Origin: Candidatus Hydrogenedentota bacterium
GTDB taxonomy: Bacteria > Hydrogenedentota > Hydrogenedentia > Hydrogenedentales > SLHB01
NCBI GenBank assembly: GCA_045863335.1
Contig: BTVY01000037.1
Coordinates: 10,653-74,652, forward strand
DNA: 64,000 nt
Direction: 5' to 3'
Position 1 is the stretch's first letter; each line of letters begins with the position of its first letter. A model generated the notes under the pieces. It ran no database searches. It had not been told where the DNA came from and saw only the letters and a list, made by a program, of their open reading frames with translations. Positions 32,501-42,215 of this stretch are shown piece by piece. The position numbers and the translations under genes were made by a program.

Positions 32501-33303
32501 ACGATCGTCTTGTCGTAGCTGCACGTCGCCAAGCGGGTGCCGTCCGGGCTGAACGCCACGTCCAGAATATTGTCCTTGTGCCCTTCGAGGGTCTGCACCA
32601 GCCGGTGCTCCCCGACGTTCCAAATCTTCACTTCCCCGTTGCGGCCCGGCTTGCCGCCTGCTGCCGCGAGGAGTGCGCCATCCGGCGAAAACGCGAGCGC
32701 GCGCACCATCTCCGAATGTCCGCCTAACGTGAACTTGGGCGTTGGCGCGCCTGTGGCGGCATCGACTCCGAGCACGTCCACCCGTCCCAGAGTACCGCGC
32801 GCGAGCAGCACTTCCGGACCCGCAGGCGAATAGGCAAGCGACGATACCGGCGCCGACTCCACGACGGCCGCGGGCACAGTTACTGGGGTCGTAGCTTCGG
32901 GAGCGGGTGCCGCCGCCGGCGTGACGACGGCCCCTTCGTTGATCCATTGCCGGACGATGGCGACTGATTCCGGAGTCAACCGTTCGCCCTTGCCTTCGGG
33001 CGGCATGTGGGGCTCTTCCGCAAACTCGATCAGCCGTACGAGCAGACTCTCGTCAGCCTTGCCCGCGACAATGGCTGGACCGCTCGAACCGCCGGCGATC
33101 AAGGTCTCCGGCGTCGATACGTCCAATTTCGCCTTGAGCGAATCGGCCTCGGGGAAGTGACACCCGGAACAACTCTTCTGAAAGATGGGCTTCACGTCGC
33201 GATTGAAATCGACCGCGTCGGCCAAAGCCGGAATCGATGCGACAAGACACCCTGCCAGTCCGGCGGTCAGCGTCTGCCGGAAACGGTGACGTACACGAGC
33301 CAT
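29512..33303 (-). CDS. Planctomycete-type cytochrome c (PSCyt1) + WD40 repeats + PPC domains protein
   Basis: VDFNRDVKPIFQKSCSGCH; multiple AFSPDG...VKIWD repeats; EAEPND/ESEPND PPC motifs. Confidence 0.9.
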   Translation of the reverse strand: MARVRHRFRQTLTAGLAGCLVASIPALADAVDFNRDVKPIFQKSCSGCHFPEADSLKAKLDVSTPETLIAGGSSGPAIVAGKADESLLVRLIEFAEEPHMPPEGKGERLTPESVAIVRQWINEGAVVTPAAAPAPEATTPVTVPAAVVESAPVSSLAYSPAGPEVLLARGTLGRVDVLGVDAATGAPTPKFTLGGHSEMVRALAFSPDGALLAAAGGKPGRNGEVKIWNVGEHRLVQTLEGHKDNILDVAFSPDGTRLATCSYDKTIVVWNTQTGEILQTLSNHVDAVYAVAWSPDGKTIASGAGDRTVKIWDAETGTLRATISDSLDNVLTLAFSPDGTQLAGAGADKMIRIWDMKESDGPVQQSATTSGTLLRSTFAHEGSVLRIAYSPDGATLYSTSEDLRIKAWNAETLEEKLAIEGQSDWVTALSVSPDGAYLAAGRYDASSDVYVAETGQRVGEEPAAESKDVAQTDTTVEATPAARKKVSSLSVEAVIIEATVPPSISSISPVRWHRGAEVELTVNGKNLDQAEPIVTNGKIAVEVVEREALPMPELKLGEGPRGTGADILDNAQPYRLKLKFAIAEDAPVGTHQLMFRTPIGMTNTTGFTVLPKADVGEAEPNDGEDEAHAIEWPNVVIGQIAQPGDVDRYRIDVTAGQEIVCALTDTALNAGMRFVDSEGKELATARALGASSNDTLGYRAETDGAIVVEVSDVDLRGGLGYRLHVGAYPMVTGMWPLGLRAGDPQSVQVAGFNLAGDTIEVDPPDAVRQDATTRVPLTAVEGSPVSAPVLAVAAYEESLESEPNDRVENANPLAFPMTVNGRVDGEGQDADVYRFSAQKGQMIVLETAAATLGSPLDSVIEVLDASGNLIEQGVVRCVAETFLTLSPRDSRSAGLRLDVWRDLRLNDYVMLGGEILRVSKIPDYADEDVVFSAYPNGQRIPYFGTTPEHHAVYTKIYKVEVHPPGTSFAPNGMPVFPLYWRNDDGFTANGDTKGDSRLDFMAPEDGDYFVRVTDAAGNEGEQFAYRLTARPLEPDFDVSTGPYRVNVAQGSRVPIDVRVVRKDGFDGEVKVEFHDLPEGITIEPAIIKPGDDLIRLSLLAGPNAQSTPTDAQFRLTAESTVNGEPILRESAIGAITVSAMQPDLKVNTDRQQVALVPGNVATLSVKLDRHNGFNSRVPIDVLNLPFGVYVMNTGLNGILVREGELERTVEIYAEPWVKDVDRTIYVQAQIETQSPLKPVFLCDPIQLKLADQVARNDEAGEAK

Positions 33304-33323
33304 TCCGTTCTTCCTTTTCTTCG

Positions 33324-35765
33324 TCAGTGGGTAAACAGAAATTCCTTGCCGGAGAGAACCGCCCAGGTGAGGTCCTCCAACGCGGCGCGCCGTTCCGCCT
33401 CGCACTCGGGTCCGTCCTTGCGCACCGCGGCGAGAATCGTCAATGCCGGTTCCCGCTCTTCCGGGCGGGGCATGCGCGCCAGGGCGCGAAGATAAATCGT
33501 GTTGAGCGCCTCTTCATCGCTGACCTGTTCGTTCATCAACGTCGCAACGATAGAGCGGTCGTCCCGTAGCTTGCCATTGAGCGTTTCGCCATTAGCCACG
33601 TGAAGCGTCTGCGCGACGCTGGAGTCCTCCGTGCGCTCGCAGGAACAGGCCTGCTTCCGCTCCGGCCTCCCGAAGGCTTCGAGGAAGTACGAGCCAACCT
33701 GCGAATCCGGCAACTGCAACGCGCGGAACCCTTCAGGATAGCCGTCAAACTTCGTCGGCACGCCCGTCACCTGCGAATACGCATCGAGAATCACCTCGGC
33801 GCTCAGACGGCGCACGATGTACTGCGAGTAATGCTTGTCGTCCGGCTGGGCCGGGTCCGAAGGCTGGGACGAGCGGCGATACGCCGCGGACTGCATGATG
33901 GTCCGCATGAGATGTCTGACATCGTATTCGTGCTCCACGAGGTCTCGCGCCAACGCGTCCAACAAATCCGGGTTCGACGGCGGATTGGTCAAGCGCAGAT
34001 CGTCTTCCGGCTCCACGAGACCGCGTCCCATGAAGTTCTTCCAAACGCGATTCACAATGGACTTCGTAAAATACGGATTGTCCGGCGAGGTGATCCATTC
34101 CGCAAGGTAGTCGCGTCGATCCACATCGGCGTTCAGCTCGATCGGCTCGCCGTCCAGGGGTTGAGGATTTACCGGCGCTCCAACGCGCGGATGAATCACA
34201 TCGCCAAACGCCGCGCTGATCACTTCCGTGTCATTTCCCCGGCGGCCGTTCTTGAACTTCACGCGCGAGAAGAGATTCGCCATGCCGTAGTAATCGTCTT
34301 GCGTCCACTTTTCCAGCGGATGGTTATGACATCGCGCACAAGTGATGGAGAACCCAAGAAAGGTCTGCGACGTGGTCTCGGTCAGGTCGACCGTTTCCTT
34401 GTGCATGGTGAAATAGTTGGCCGCGCCGTTCTCCAGCGTGCTGCCTTGCGCGGTGAGAATATCGCGAACGAATACATCCCAAGGCGTGTTCGCCTCGACG
34501 TTGCTGCGAATGTAGCGGTAGAAGGCGTTGAGTTCCTCGCGCCGCGGCAGGTTCTTCGACGACAGCAGCAGCACGTCGGACCACTTGTAGGACCAGTAGT
34601 CCACGAACTCGGGCCGGTCGAGCAGCCGATCCACCAGCCGGTCCCGCTTCGCCGGATCGGGGTCCATCACAAAGGCGGATACTTCTTCCGGTGTCGGCAG
34701 CATGCCGATCGTGTCAAGCGTAGCGCGGCGGATGAACTCCGAATCTCCCGCTTCGGCGGCGGGCGCAATCTTCAAGCGTTCGAGTTGCTGCAGAACCAGT
34801 TCATCGATGTAGTTCCGCCGTTCGGCGTTCGCGAAGAGCGATGCGTCCACCGGAGTCTCGCGCGGAACGATGATGCGCGCCGAAGAAACCTTGCTCGCGT
34901 AATAGACTGTGATGGACGCGGCGCCCGAGCCGGTGATCGCCACCTTTCCCAAATCGTCAACGGTCGCCACGGAATCATCGGTCGTGCCGAAACTAACCCA
35001 GCGCGTGACGTCTTCGTAGGTACCGTCGCTGTAATGCGCCCGCACCAGGATCTGCTGGTTCGCGCCGTTGTCGAGCGTGACGGATTCCGGCATCACCTCG
35101 AGTCGTTCCACCACGGGATCGTCCTTGGACGCCGCGGGTGCGCCCGCCTCGATCCATTCCAGCAGAATGCGGTAAGCCTCGGAATCCTTCGTGAACCGTT
35201 CGCCGCCCGCGTGCGGAACATCCATCACGGGTTTCAACAGCACTAAACTCTGTTCGGGATCGCCGGGCGACAGTCGGCGGCCGTTGGCCTGGCGGGTAAG
35301 GGACTTGTGGTCCCAGTCATGATCGAAGCCGCGAAGCGAGAGCCGGAAGCCGTTCTTCCCCGCAGCGGCGCCATGGCAGGCGCCCGTGTTGCAGCCCATC
35401 TTGAACAGGACGGGTTGCACGTGGTTGCGAAAACTCTGCACGTACGGCGCATCCGTTCCCGATACGGTCACGGGCGTCGTCACCGTCTGGCCACCGATCG
35501 TCGCGGTGATGGTCGCGTCCCCATTGCCGACGGCGGTCACCACACCTTTTTCGTCAACGGTTGCGACCGCGGGATCGGAGGATTGAAACGTAGCTTGTTC
35601 AGTCACGTCGCCACGCCAGTCGTTCCCGGCCTTCTGCTCGACTACGAGGGAATGAATCGCGCCCGCATTGTACAACGCGATCTCGCCGGGGATGGTCGCA
35701 AGTTCATCGGCTCGGCTTGACAACACGCAGACCGCGCCCATGAAAAGAATCGTCAGTAAACGCAT
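33324..35765 (-). CDS. DUF1549/DUF1553 (PSCyt2/PSD1) protein with Ig-like domains
   Basis: SFRNHVQP, CNTGACHG, NYIDELV, CARCHNHP, NPYF...VNRVW, RRLSAEVILD, CSCER. Start MRLL at 35765. Confidence 0.9.
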   Translation of the reverse strand: MRLLTILFMGAVCVLSSRADELATIPGEIALYNAGAIHSLVVEQKAGNDWRGDVTEQATFQSSDPAVATVDEKGVVTAVGNGDATITATIGGQTVTTPVTVSGTDAPYVQSFRNHVQPVLFKMGCNTGACHGAAAGKNGFRLSLRGFDHDWDHKSLTRQANGRRLSPGDPEQSLVLLKPVMDVPHAGGERFTKDSEAYRILLEWIEAGAPAASKDDPVVERLEVMPESVTLDNGANQQILVRAHYSDGTYEDVTRWVSFGTTDDSVATVDDLGKVAITGSGAASITVYYASKVSSARIIVPRETPVDASLFANAERRNYIDELVLQQLERLKIAPAAEAGDSEFIRRATLDTIGMLPTPEEVSAFVMDPDPAKRDRLVDRLLDRPEFVDYWSYKWSDVLLLSSKNLPRREELNAFYRYIRSNVEANTPWDVFVRDILTAQGSTLENGAANYFTMHKETVDLTETTSQTFLGFSITCARCHNHPLEKWTQDDYYGMANLFSRVKFKNGRRGNDTEVISAAFGDVIHPRVGAPVNPQPLDGEPIELNADVDRRDYLAEWITSPDNPYFTKSIVNRVWKNFMGRGLVEPEDDLRLTNPPSNPDLLDALARDLVEHEYDVRHLMRTIMQSAAYRRSSQPSDPAQPDDKHYSQYIVRRLSAEVILDAYSQVTGVPTKFDGYPEGFRALQLPDSQVGSYFLEAFGRPERKQACSCERTEDSSVAQTLHVANGETLNGKLRDDRSIVATLMNEQVSDEEALNTIYLRALARMPRPEEREPALTILAAVRKDGPECEAERRAALEDLTWAVLSGKEFLFTH

Positions 35766-35767
35766 CG

Positions 35768-37141
35768 TCACACCAGTTCCATAATCGGTTTCGTTCCGTA
35801 ATCCACAACGGGAATGGGCCGCTTGCCGGGCCCGGGGAGTTCGGTTTCGATATCGATGCCGAGGCAATGATAAACCGTCGCCACAACTTCCGCGGGCGTC
35901 GTCGGGCGCTCCACCGGAAACGCGCCGATGTCGTCCGTCTTGCCGACGATGCGTCCGCCCTGAATCCCGCCCCCTGCCATGAGAATGGACCAGACCTGCG
36001 GCCAGTGATCGCGGCCGCCTGCCGGGTTGATCTTCGGGGTGCGGCCGAATTCGCCCATGGCGACGATCAGTGTGTTCTCCAGCATGCCGCGCTGCTTGAG
36101 GTCTTCGAGAAGTGAACTCAGGCCGTAGTCGAGCATGGGACCGACCAGGTCGCTGTAACACTCGATAGGGCTGAACGGCGCGGACCCGTGAATGTCCCAG
36201 GTGATCTCATTGAACACCGTTTCAAACATGTTGATCGTGCAGAAGCGAACGCCCCGTTCGATCAGTCGCCGCGCGAGCAGGCAACTTTGTCCAAACTTGT
36301 TGTTGCCGTACGCCTCCCGCAACACCTCGGGTTCCTGGCTCAGATCGAAAGCCTCGCGCGCGGCCTCCGACGACATCAGGGTATAGGCCTGCTGGAAGTT
36401 CTCGTCCAGCAACCGCGCGTCGGGATTCGCTTCGAGCTGCGCGACGGATTGGTCCACGATGTCGCGGAGTTTCCGACGCCGGTCAATGCGCATCGACGAA
36501 ATGTAATCGGGTGGCAACAGGTCTGGCACTTCAAAGTCGGGCGCGTCGGGTTCCGCGTTGAGCACGAAAGGATCGTGCGACTTTCCGAGGAACCCCGCCG
36601 TCTGGCCGTGGGGCATGTTGCCGCCCGTCGGCCCGATGGGCCGCGGCATGAGTACATGAGCCGGCAGGTCGTTCTTGCCGCCGCGCAAGTAGCCGAGCAC
36701 GCAGCCCGCATGGGGATGCTCCATGCCGTTCTGAAACAACCGCCCCGTCTGCATCATCTGATGGCCCGTGTCGTGCACGCCGGCCGCCTTGTGATGGAGC
36801 GTCCGCACGATGGAAAACTTGTCCGCATGATTCGCGAGCTTCGGAAAGATCTCGGAGATCTGAATGTCGGGGTTGTTCGTGCGGATCGCTTTGTAAGGAC
36901 CCCGGATCTCAGCGGGTGCGTCGGGCTTCATGTCGAAGGTATCGAGCTGGCTCGGTCCGCCCACGAGAAATAGAAAAATGCAGTTCATGTCCTTGTCCGG
37001 AGAGACCGCGCCGGCGGCTTTCAGGCCCATGAACCCGGGCAGCGTAAGGCCCAGCGTGGCCAGCGCGCCGGCGTGAAGGAAATCGCGGCGGCTCATGCCG
37101 TCACAGAAATGAACCCGCTTGTTGGCATCAATCCGGTACAT
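35768..37141 (-). CDS. DUF1501-family Tat protein
   Basis: SRRDFLHAG, GGPSQLDTFDMKP, CLLARRLIERG, WDIH, GEFGRTPKIN, GRDHW. Confidence 0.93.
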   Translation of the reverse strand: MYRIDANKRVHFCDGMSRRDFLHAGALATLGLTLPGFMGLKAAGAVSPDKDMNCIFLFLVGGPSQLDTFDMKPDAPAEIRGPYKAIRTNNPDIQISEIFPKLANHADKFSIVRTLHHKAAGVHDTGHQMMQTGRLFQNGMEHPHAGCVLGYLRGGKNDLPAHVLMPRPIGPTGGNMPHGQTAGFLGKSHDPFVLNAEPDAPDFEVPDLLPPDYISSMRIDRRRKLRDIVDQSVAQLEANPDARLLDENFQQAYTLMSSEAAREAFDLSQEPEVLREAYGNNKFGQSCLLARRLIERGVRFCTINMFETVFNEITWDIHGSAPFSPIECYSDLVGPMLDYGLSSLLEDLKQRGMLENTLIVAMGEFGRTPKINPAGGRDHWPQVWSILMAGGGIQGGRIVGKTDDIGAFPVERPTTPAEVVATVYHCLGIDIETELPGPGKRPIPVVDYGTKPIMELV

Positions 37142-37500
37142 GGCAAAGCATCTCCTGAAACGTGACCTTGGCGCCCGGCGAACATGCCGGTGCCGCATTT
37201 CATAATCCGGAATGGGACGGGCCAGACGGGACGTAGTGCACGCGTGTAATCACCCGTTGCGCCCGGCTCCCCAATCAAATACCTTGCAGCGTTGTAACCA
37301 GTATACGGCATCCGCCTGAAATCGGCAACCCCTTGTAAAACGGCTGGTTACACTGATTGTCGTCGTTGGACCGCACGGGGTTGCACGAATTTCTACCGCA
37401 GAACGGCGCAGGTTGAGGTATTATCTATGCAGGATTACTCGGCACAACGCCGGGTTCTCAGGGCTGCGGCGCCACGGATGCCGCAGAGTTTGGGGGAACG

Positions 37501-38424
37501 TTGAACACGCCGCGCGACGCCTTTCAACCGACCGATCGCGTCTTCGAAACCCTCATGGATCACCTTCAGGAAGGGGTCTATTTCGTCGACCGGTTCCGCA
37601 CCATCCAATATTGGAACCGCGGCGCCGAGGAACTGACCGGTTACACCCGCCTGGATGTCACAGGCCGGTGTTGCGCATCGAATATCCTGAGTCACGTAAG
37701 CGGGGAGGGGGAGAAGATGTGTACCGGATCCTGTCCCCTGTTGCGTTCGATGGCGGACGGGCAATCCCGGCAAACGGCAGCCTACCTCCTGCACAAAGAC
37801 GGTCACCGTCTCCCCGTGATGATCCGGACGTCCCCAATTCGCGACGACTCCGGCACGATCGTCGGCGCCCTGGAAAGCTTTACGGACAACACCCAGCAGA
37901 TTTCCGCCATCGAGCGGATCGCCGCGCTGGAACAACAGGCGCTGATCTGCCCGTTAACGCTGGTGGGCAACCGGCGGTGTTCTGAGATGGTGCTGGAAGA
38001 AAAGTTCGCGGAACTGAAGCGATACCGGCGAACATTCGGCGTGGCGTTCATTGACTTGGATCATTTCAAGGCGATCAACGACCGGTACGGTCACACCGTC
38101 GGGGACGTGTGCCTGAAGATCGTCGCCGGGACAATCCGGAATGACCTTCGCTCCTTCGATTTCGTGGGACGCTGGGGCGGCGAGGAATTCATCGTCGTCG
38201 TCGATACGGCGGACACTCACGTGCTGGAAGGCATGGCAAACCGGCTGTGCACGCTCGTGTCCCACTCCTCGGAGCGGGCCAGCGGCCACAAAATTGAACT
38301 CACCATCTCGGTGGGCGCAACCCTGGCCACGCTGGGCGACTCGCCAGCGACCCTCGTGGAACGGGCCGACGAGGCCATGTACGAAAGCAAACGAGGCGGC
38401 CGCAATCGCGTCACGATGGTCTGA
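37501..38424 (+). CDS. PAS-GGDEF diguanylate cyclase
   Basis: PAS WNRGAEELTGY; DLDHFKAINDRYGH; RxxD (RSFD) I-site; GGEEF. Confidence 0.92.
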   Translation: MNTPRDAFQPTDRVFETLMDHLQEGVYFVDRFRTIQYWNRGAEELTGYTRLDVTGRCCASNILSHVSGEGEKMCTGSCPLLRSMADGQSRQTAAYLLHKDGHRLPVMIRTSPIRDDSGTIVGALESFTDNTQQISAIERIAALEQQALICPLTLVGNRRCSEMVLEEKFAELKRYRRTFGVAFIDLDHFKAINDRYGHTVGDVCLKIVAGTIRNDLRSFDFVGRWGGEEFIVVVDTADTHVLEGMANRLCTLVSHSSERASGHKIELTISVGATLATLGDSPATLVERADEAMYESKRGGRNRVTMV

Positions 38425-38434
38425 GCGCCGCGAC

Positions 38435-39466
38435 CTACCCCCGCGTCTTCGACAGTGACGTCAGAAAGGCCTGCGACCTGCCCGCCAATTCGTCCACCCA
38501 CGGCATGGCGTCCACAGGCGCATGAACGTTCGCTTCGTCCATCCACGACACCGTGCGCCGCACGCCTTCCTCCCAGGACACGAGATCGGTGAACTCGGGG
38601 ACATCCGTCTGAAGCGCGGCGTTTGAGTACGCGCCATGATACTGAAAGATCTCGCGCAGCATGGCCGACCTATCGGTTGGAGCTCCCGCGAGCAACTGCT
38701 CGGTCGTAAGACAAACGATGTTGGGTTCGCAACCGATCGCCTGTGCCATACGCTCGTGAAACGCCCGCCAGTCCATGATCTCGTCGCCGACGATGTTGTA
38801 GGCCCGGCCTAGGGTACGCTCGTTACCAAGCGCGCCGGCAAAGCCCTTCGCCACGTCGTCGATGTACCCCGGCTGCCACAGTCCGTGCCCGTCGCCGGGT
38901 ACGAGGATCGGCAATCCCGCACGGATACGCGCCACGAGTGAGGGGTTGTATCCCCAGATATCCAACAGCGGCGCGCCGGGACCATAACAATGGGCGGGCC
39001 GGAAAATGGTCACGGGAAAACTGGACTGTTGCCATGCCGTCAGAAAGACGTGTTCCGCGTCACGCTTGCCGCGCCCATAGTCGCTCACGGGCCGCAACGG
39101 CTCGTGTTCATCGGCCGGTATCGACGCTAAGGGACCGCCGTAGACGCAAACCGTGCTGCAGAACACGTAATGCTGCACGCGATCCTGAAATACCTCCACG
39201 GCGTGAGCGGCCGTGCGCGGATCGAAGGTAATCATGTCGATGACTGCGTCGAACTCGGTCCCGGCGATGGCGCGCTGGAAAACCTCGAAATCTTGACGGT
39301 CCCCCGCGATGCATTCCACGTCTCCGTCCAGCCGTGATGGCGTCTTGCCGCGGTTGAACAAGACCGGCTCATGTCCCGTCGCAAGAAGCCGTCGAACGAT
39401 AGGCGTACTGATTAATCCGGTGCCACCAAGCACGAGAACTCGCAAAGAAACCCTCCAATCTATCAC
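38435..39466 (-). CDS. NAD-dependent epimerase/dehydratase family protein
   Basis: VLGGTGLIS Rossmann motif, FNRG, YGRGK. Confidence 0.88.
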   Translation of the reverse strand: MIDWRVSLRVLVLGGTGLISTPIVRRLLATGHEPVLFNRGKTPSRLDGDVECIAGDRQDFEVFQRAIAGTEFDAVIDMITFDPRTAAHAVEVFQDRVQHYVFCSTVCVYGGPLASIPADEHEPLRPVSDYGRGKRDAEHVFLTAWQQSSFPVTIFRPAHCYGPGAPLLDIWGYNPSLVARIRAGLPILVPGDGHGLWQPGYIDDVAKGFAGALGNERTLGRAYNIVGDEIMDWRAFHERMAQAIGCEPNIVCLTTEQLLAGAPTDRSAMLREIFQYHGAYSNAALQTDVPEFTDLVSWEEGVRRTVSWMDEANVHAPVDAMPWVDELAGRSQAFLTSLSKTRG

Positions 39467-39487
39467 GCATGAAATCGGGCGGCTGGT

Positions 39488-40786
39488 TCAGAAAATGTAG
39501 CGGATTGCGACGTACACGCTTGCAATGAGCAGCGTGACGAAGGTGTACGGCACCCCGTACCGCATAAACCGGGCAAATGATATCTCCAGTCCGTTCCGCC
39601 GTGCAATGTCGATGACGACGATATTGGCCGCGCCGCCGAGGATGGTCCCATTACTTCCGAGGCAGACCCCAAGGGCCAGCGACCACCATAAGGCGTACGA
39701 CACCGTTTGAATGCTCGCATCTGCGCCGGCGGCGACTCCGGGGATCATGCTTTGTACCATGGGTATCAGGGTCGCGGTTATGGGCACCGCGCCAACAAAC
39801 ATGGCGGCAAATGCCGAAAGCCAAAGCAGCACCATGGAGGTGATAAAGAGGTCGCCGCCCGTCATGCGCAACGCAAGATCGGCCAGTTGTTGTATCACAC
39901 CAGCCTCGACGAGTCCGGCGACGAGCATAAACAGCCCAACGAAGAAGAATAAGGTGGACCACTCAACCACCTTGAAAGCTTCATCCGGTTCCGTTCGGGC
40001 GAGGACCATGATGAGCGCCGCGCCGCTCAGTGCGATCGAGGCAGGCGGGACATGGAAGACGCCGTGCAGCAGGAACCCGCACAACACCGCCAGAAGGACC
40101 GACCCGCTCTTGATCAGAAGCGGCATGCTGCGGATAGCGCGTCGCGGGTGCATCTCGCGTACCCGCACGCGCACATCCATGGGCACAAACCGGTCGTGAC
40201 GCACAAGCACGATTGCGACCACGATCAGGACGAGATGACACACCGCCACTATCGGCGCAAGGTGCATCAAGAACTCGTTGAATGACAAGCCCGCCTTGGA
40301 ACCGATGAGGATATTGGGCGGATCACCAATGAGCGTGGCGGTACCGCCTTCATTGCACGCGAGGATCTGCACGATGAGATACGGCCCCGGCTTAAGTTCT
40401 AGCTGCTGGCATACCAGGAACGTCACCGGCGCGACGAGGAGCACCGTCGTCACGTTGTCCACCAGCGCCGAGAGCACCGCCGTGAGGGTCGACATAAGAA
40501 TGATCAGCGGGATGGGCCGGCCCTGCGATACTTGGACCATGTGGATCGCCACGAACTCGAAGAAGCCGCTTTCGGCAAGATAGTGCGTCAGAATCATCAT
40601 TCCGGTGAGCAGCAGGATGACGCTGAGGTCGATGGACGCAAAGGCAGTTTCCTCGCTGACCACCCCCAGGATCACCATGGCCACGCCACCGGCGAGGGCG
40701 GCCACGGTTTTGTGGACCTTTTCGGTCAGGATCGCCACGTATGCGGCGCCGAAGATCACGCAGGCTATGATGGCCGTGGTCGTCAT
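39488..40786 (-). CDS. ArsB/NhaD-family (IT superfamily) ion transporter
   Basis: Highly hydrophobic; SALVDNVTT, GGTATLIGDPPN, LGSNGTILGGAAN. Confidence 0.9.
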   Translation of the reverse strand: MTTTAIIACVIFGAAYVAILTEKVHKTVAALAGGVAMVILGVVSEETAFASIDLSVILLLTGMMILTHYLAESGFFEFVAIHMVQVSQGRPIPLIILMSTLTAVLSALVDNVTTVLLVAPVTFLVCQQLELKPGPYLIVQILACNEGGTATLIGDPPNILIGSKAGLSFNEFLMHLAPIVAVCHLVLIVVAIVLVRHDRFVPMDVRVRVREMHPRRAIRSMPLLIKSGSVLLAVLCGFLLHGVFHVPPASIALSGAALIMVLARTEPDEAFKVVEWSTLFFFVGLFMLVAGLVEAGVIQQLADLALRMTGGDLFITSMVLLWLSAFAAMFVGAVPITATLIPMVQSMIPGVAAGADASIQTVSYALWWSLALGVCLGSNGTILGGAANIVVIDIARRNGLEISFARFMRYGVPYTFVTLLIASVYVAIRYIF

Positions 40787-40787
40787 G

Positions 40788-41693
40788 TCAGGGCCGCAGG
40801 ATGCGCTCGCAGATGTCGTCTCGATCGACGACGCCTACACACCGTTCATCGTCCACCACGAACGCGAACCGTTCGCCTTGTTTGTGCATGCGGAAGACAA
40901 CCTGAATGAGCGGATCACCAGCCTGCACGATGAGCGGCCGCCGATTCATGATGGCCGCAACCCGAGTGGTAGCCTCCCGCTGGAAGAATTCGAGAAACGA
41001 TTCCGAGTCGTTCAGAAACGAGATGTCCCGGAGGCCCGACATGTATTCAGGAAAACCGGCGTCCACAATCTCGCGGGACGTAACCGAGCCAACGAGTCTT
41101 CCTCGTTCGTCGCATACCGGCGCGTAATGCACGCCCGCCGCGGAGCACCGATCGAGGAGTTCGCCAAGCAGCATTCCTTCAGACGCGACCATCTTCGCAG
41201 GTCGCATGATATCGTGGGCGTACAAACCCGTCTTGATCGCGATCCCGCTTTTATCGATGGCGTGCCAGACTTCGTCGCGACTGCGCGCCTCTCGTATTCG
41301 GGCCAGCAAGGCTTCGTCGTGGGATAGGACGCCGACTGCGGCCAGGGTCTGCAGCATGAGCGTGTTCTTCTGATCGTTGCAGACGGTAAGAAACAGAAGG
41401 TCAACAGGCTGTCCGGCAGCATCGCAATCGTCCAACGGCGTCGCCGTGCGCCCGAGCACGACGTAGAAATCGCGCAGTTCGGAAATCCGCGCGTGCGGCA
41501 CAGCGATGCCCTTCGATGTTACGGTCGGCGCCATGTCCTCCCGCTTGAGCAGGGCGTCCAGTATCGGTGGAACCGGCAACCGAAGGTGGTGGCTTGCGAC
41601 GCGCTCGAGGAGTTCCGGGAGCGCGTCTCGCAACGTCCGCGCGCTCAAATCGAGAACGATGTGATTGGGTACAAGTACGCTGGACAGCTTCAT
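40788..41693 (-). CDS. PTS EIIA-like domain fused to a CBS pair
   Basis: LLKRED...GIAVPHAR (phospho-His motif), then two CBS repeats. Confidence 0.85.
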   Translation of the reverse strand: MKLSSVLVPNHIVLDLSARTLRDALPELLERVASHHLRLPVPPILDALLKREDMAPTVTSKGIAVPHARISELRDFYVVLGRTATPLDDCDAAGQPVDLLFLTVCNDQKNTLMLQTLAAVGVLSHDEALLARIREARSRDEVWHAIDKSGIAIKTGLYAHDIMRPAKMVASEGMLLGELLDRCSAAGVHYAPVCDERGRLVGSVTSREIVDAGFPEYMSGLRDISFLNDSESFLEFFQREATTRVAAIMNRRPLIVQAGDPLIQVVFRMHKQGERFAFVVDDERCVGVVDRDDICERILRP

Positions 41694-41756
41694 AACACCC
41701 CCGCGGGGCCGCCACCCATCGCCCCGGCCGCACCCGGCGCGCAGCCCCTGATACTA

Positions 41757-42215
41757 TTATACCGCAGGCGTATTCAGAAGGCTCACGACTTCGTCCGGCG
41801 TGGCGCACGCGCCGAGCTTTTCCCGAAAACCCGGCGCCTTCATGGTCGTCATCACCTGAGCCAGGAGTCCGAGATACTCCTTTTGGGATCCCGAGGGCAT
41901 CGCGAACAGCACGATAATGTGCACCGGCTTGTTGTCGAGCGTGTTGAAATCGATCCCGTCACGCGATATCCCCACCCCCACGGACGCAGAATTGATCGCG
42001 TCGATGCGAACGTGCGGGATCGCCACCCCGGATCCGATCCCCGTGCTCATGACCGACTCGCGTTCGCGCACCGCCCGCCGGAATGCTTCAGCGTCGTCCA
42101 CTGTACCGGTCACGGCAATGGCGTCCACAAGACGATCCAAGGCCTCGTGCTTCGATACGGGTCGCTCGAAAATGCAAACGGATCGCGCATCTATCGTAAG
42201 TCCAAATAGACTCAT
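41757..42215 (-). CDS. PTS EIIA (Fru/Ntr type)
   Basis: RERESVMSTGIGSGVAIPH; GIDFNTLDNKPVH. Confidence 0.9.
   Translation of the reverse strand: MSLFGLTIDARSVCIFERPVSKHEALDRLVDAIAVTGTVDDAEAFRRAVRERESVMSTGIGSGVAIPHVRIDAINSASVGVGISRDGIDFNTLDNKPVHIIVLFAMPSGSQKEYLGLLAQVMTTMKAPGFREKLGACATPDEVVSLLNTPAV

Noticed and set aside
33324-36161. ORF-track N-terminal extensions (also 29512-33405, 42601-44991, 52028-54673, 61313-63880)
   Set aside because: The extensions overlap neighbouring genes or repeats; downstream starts with an RBS or signal peptide fit better.
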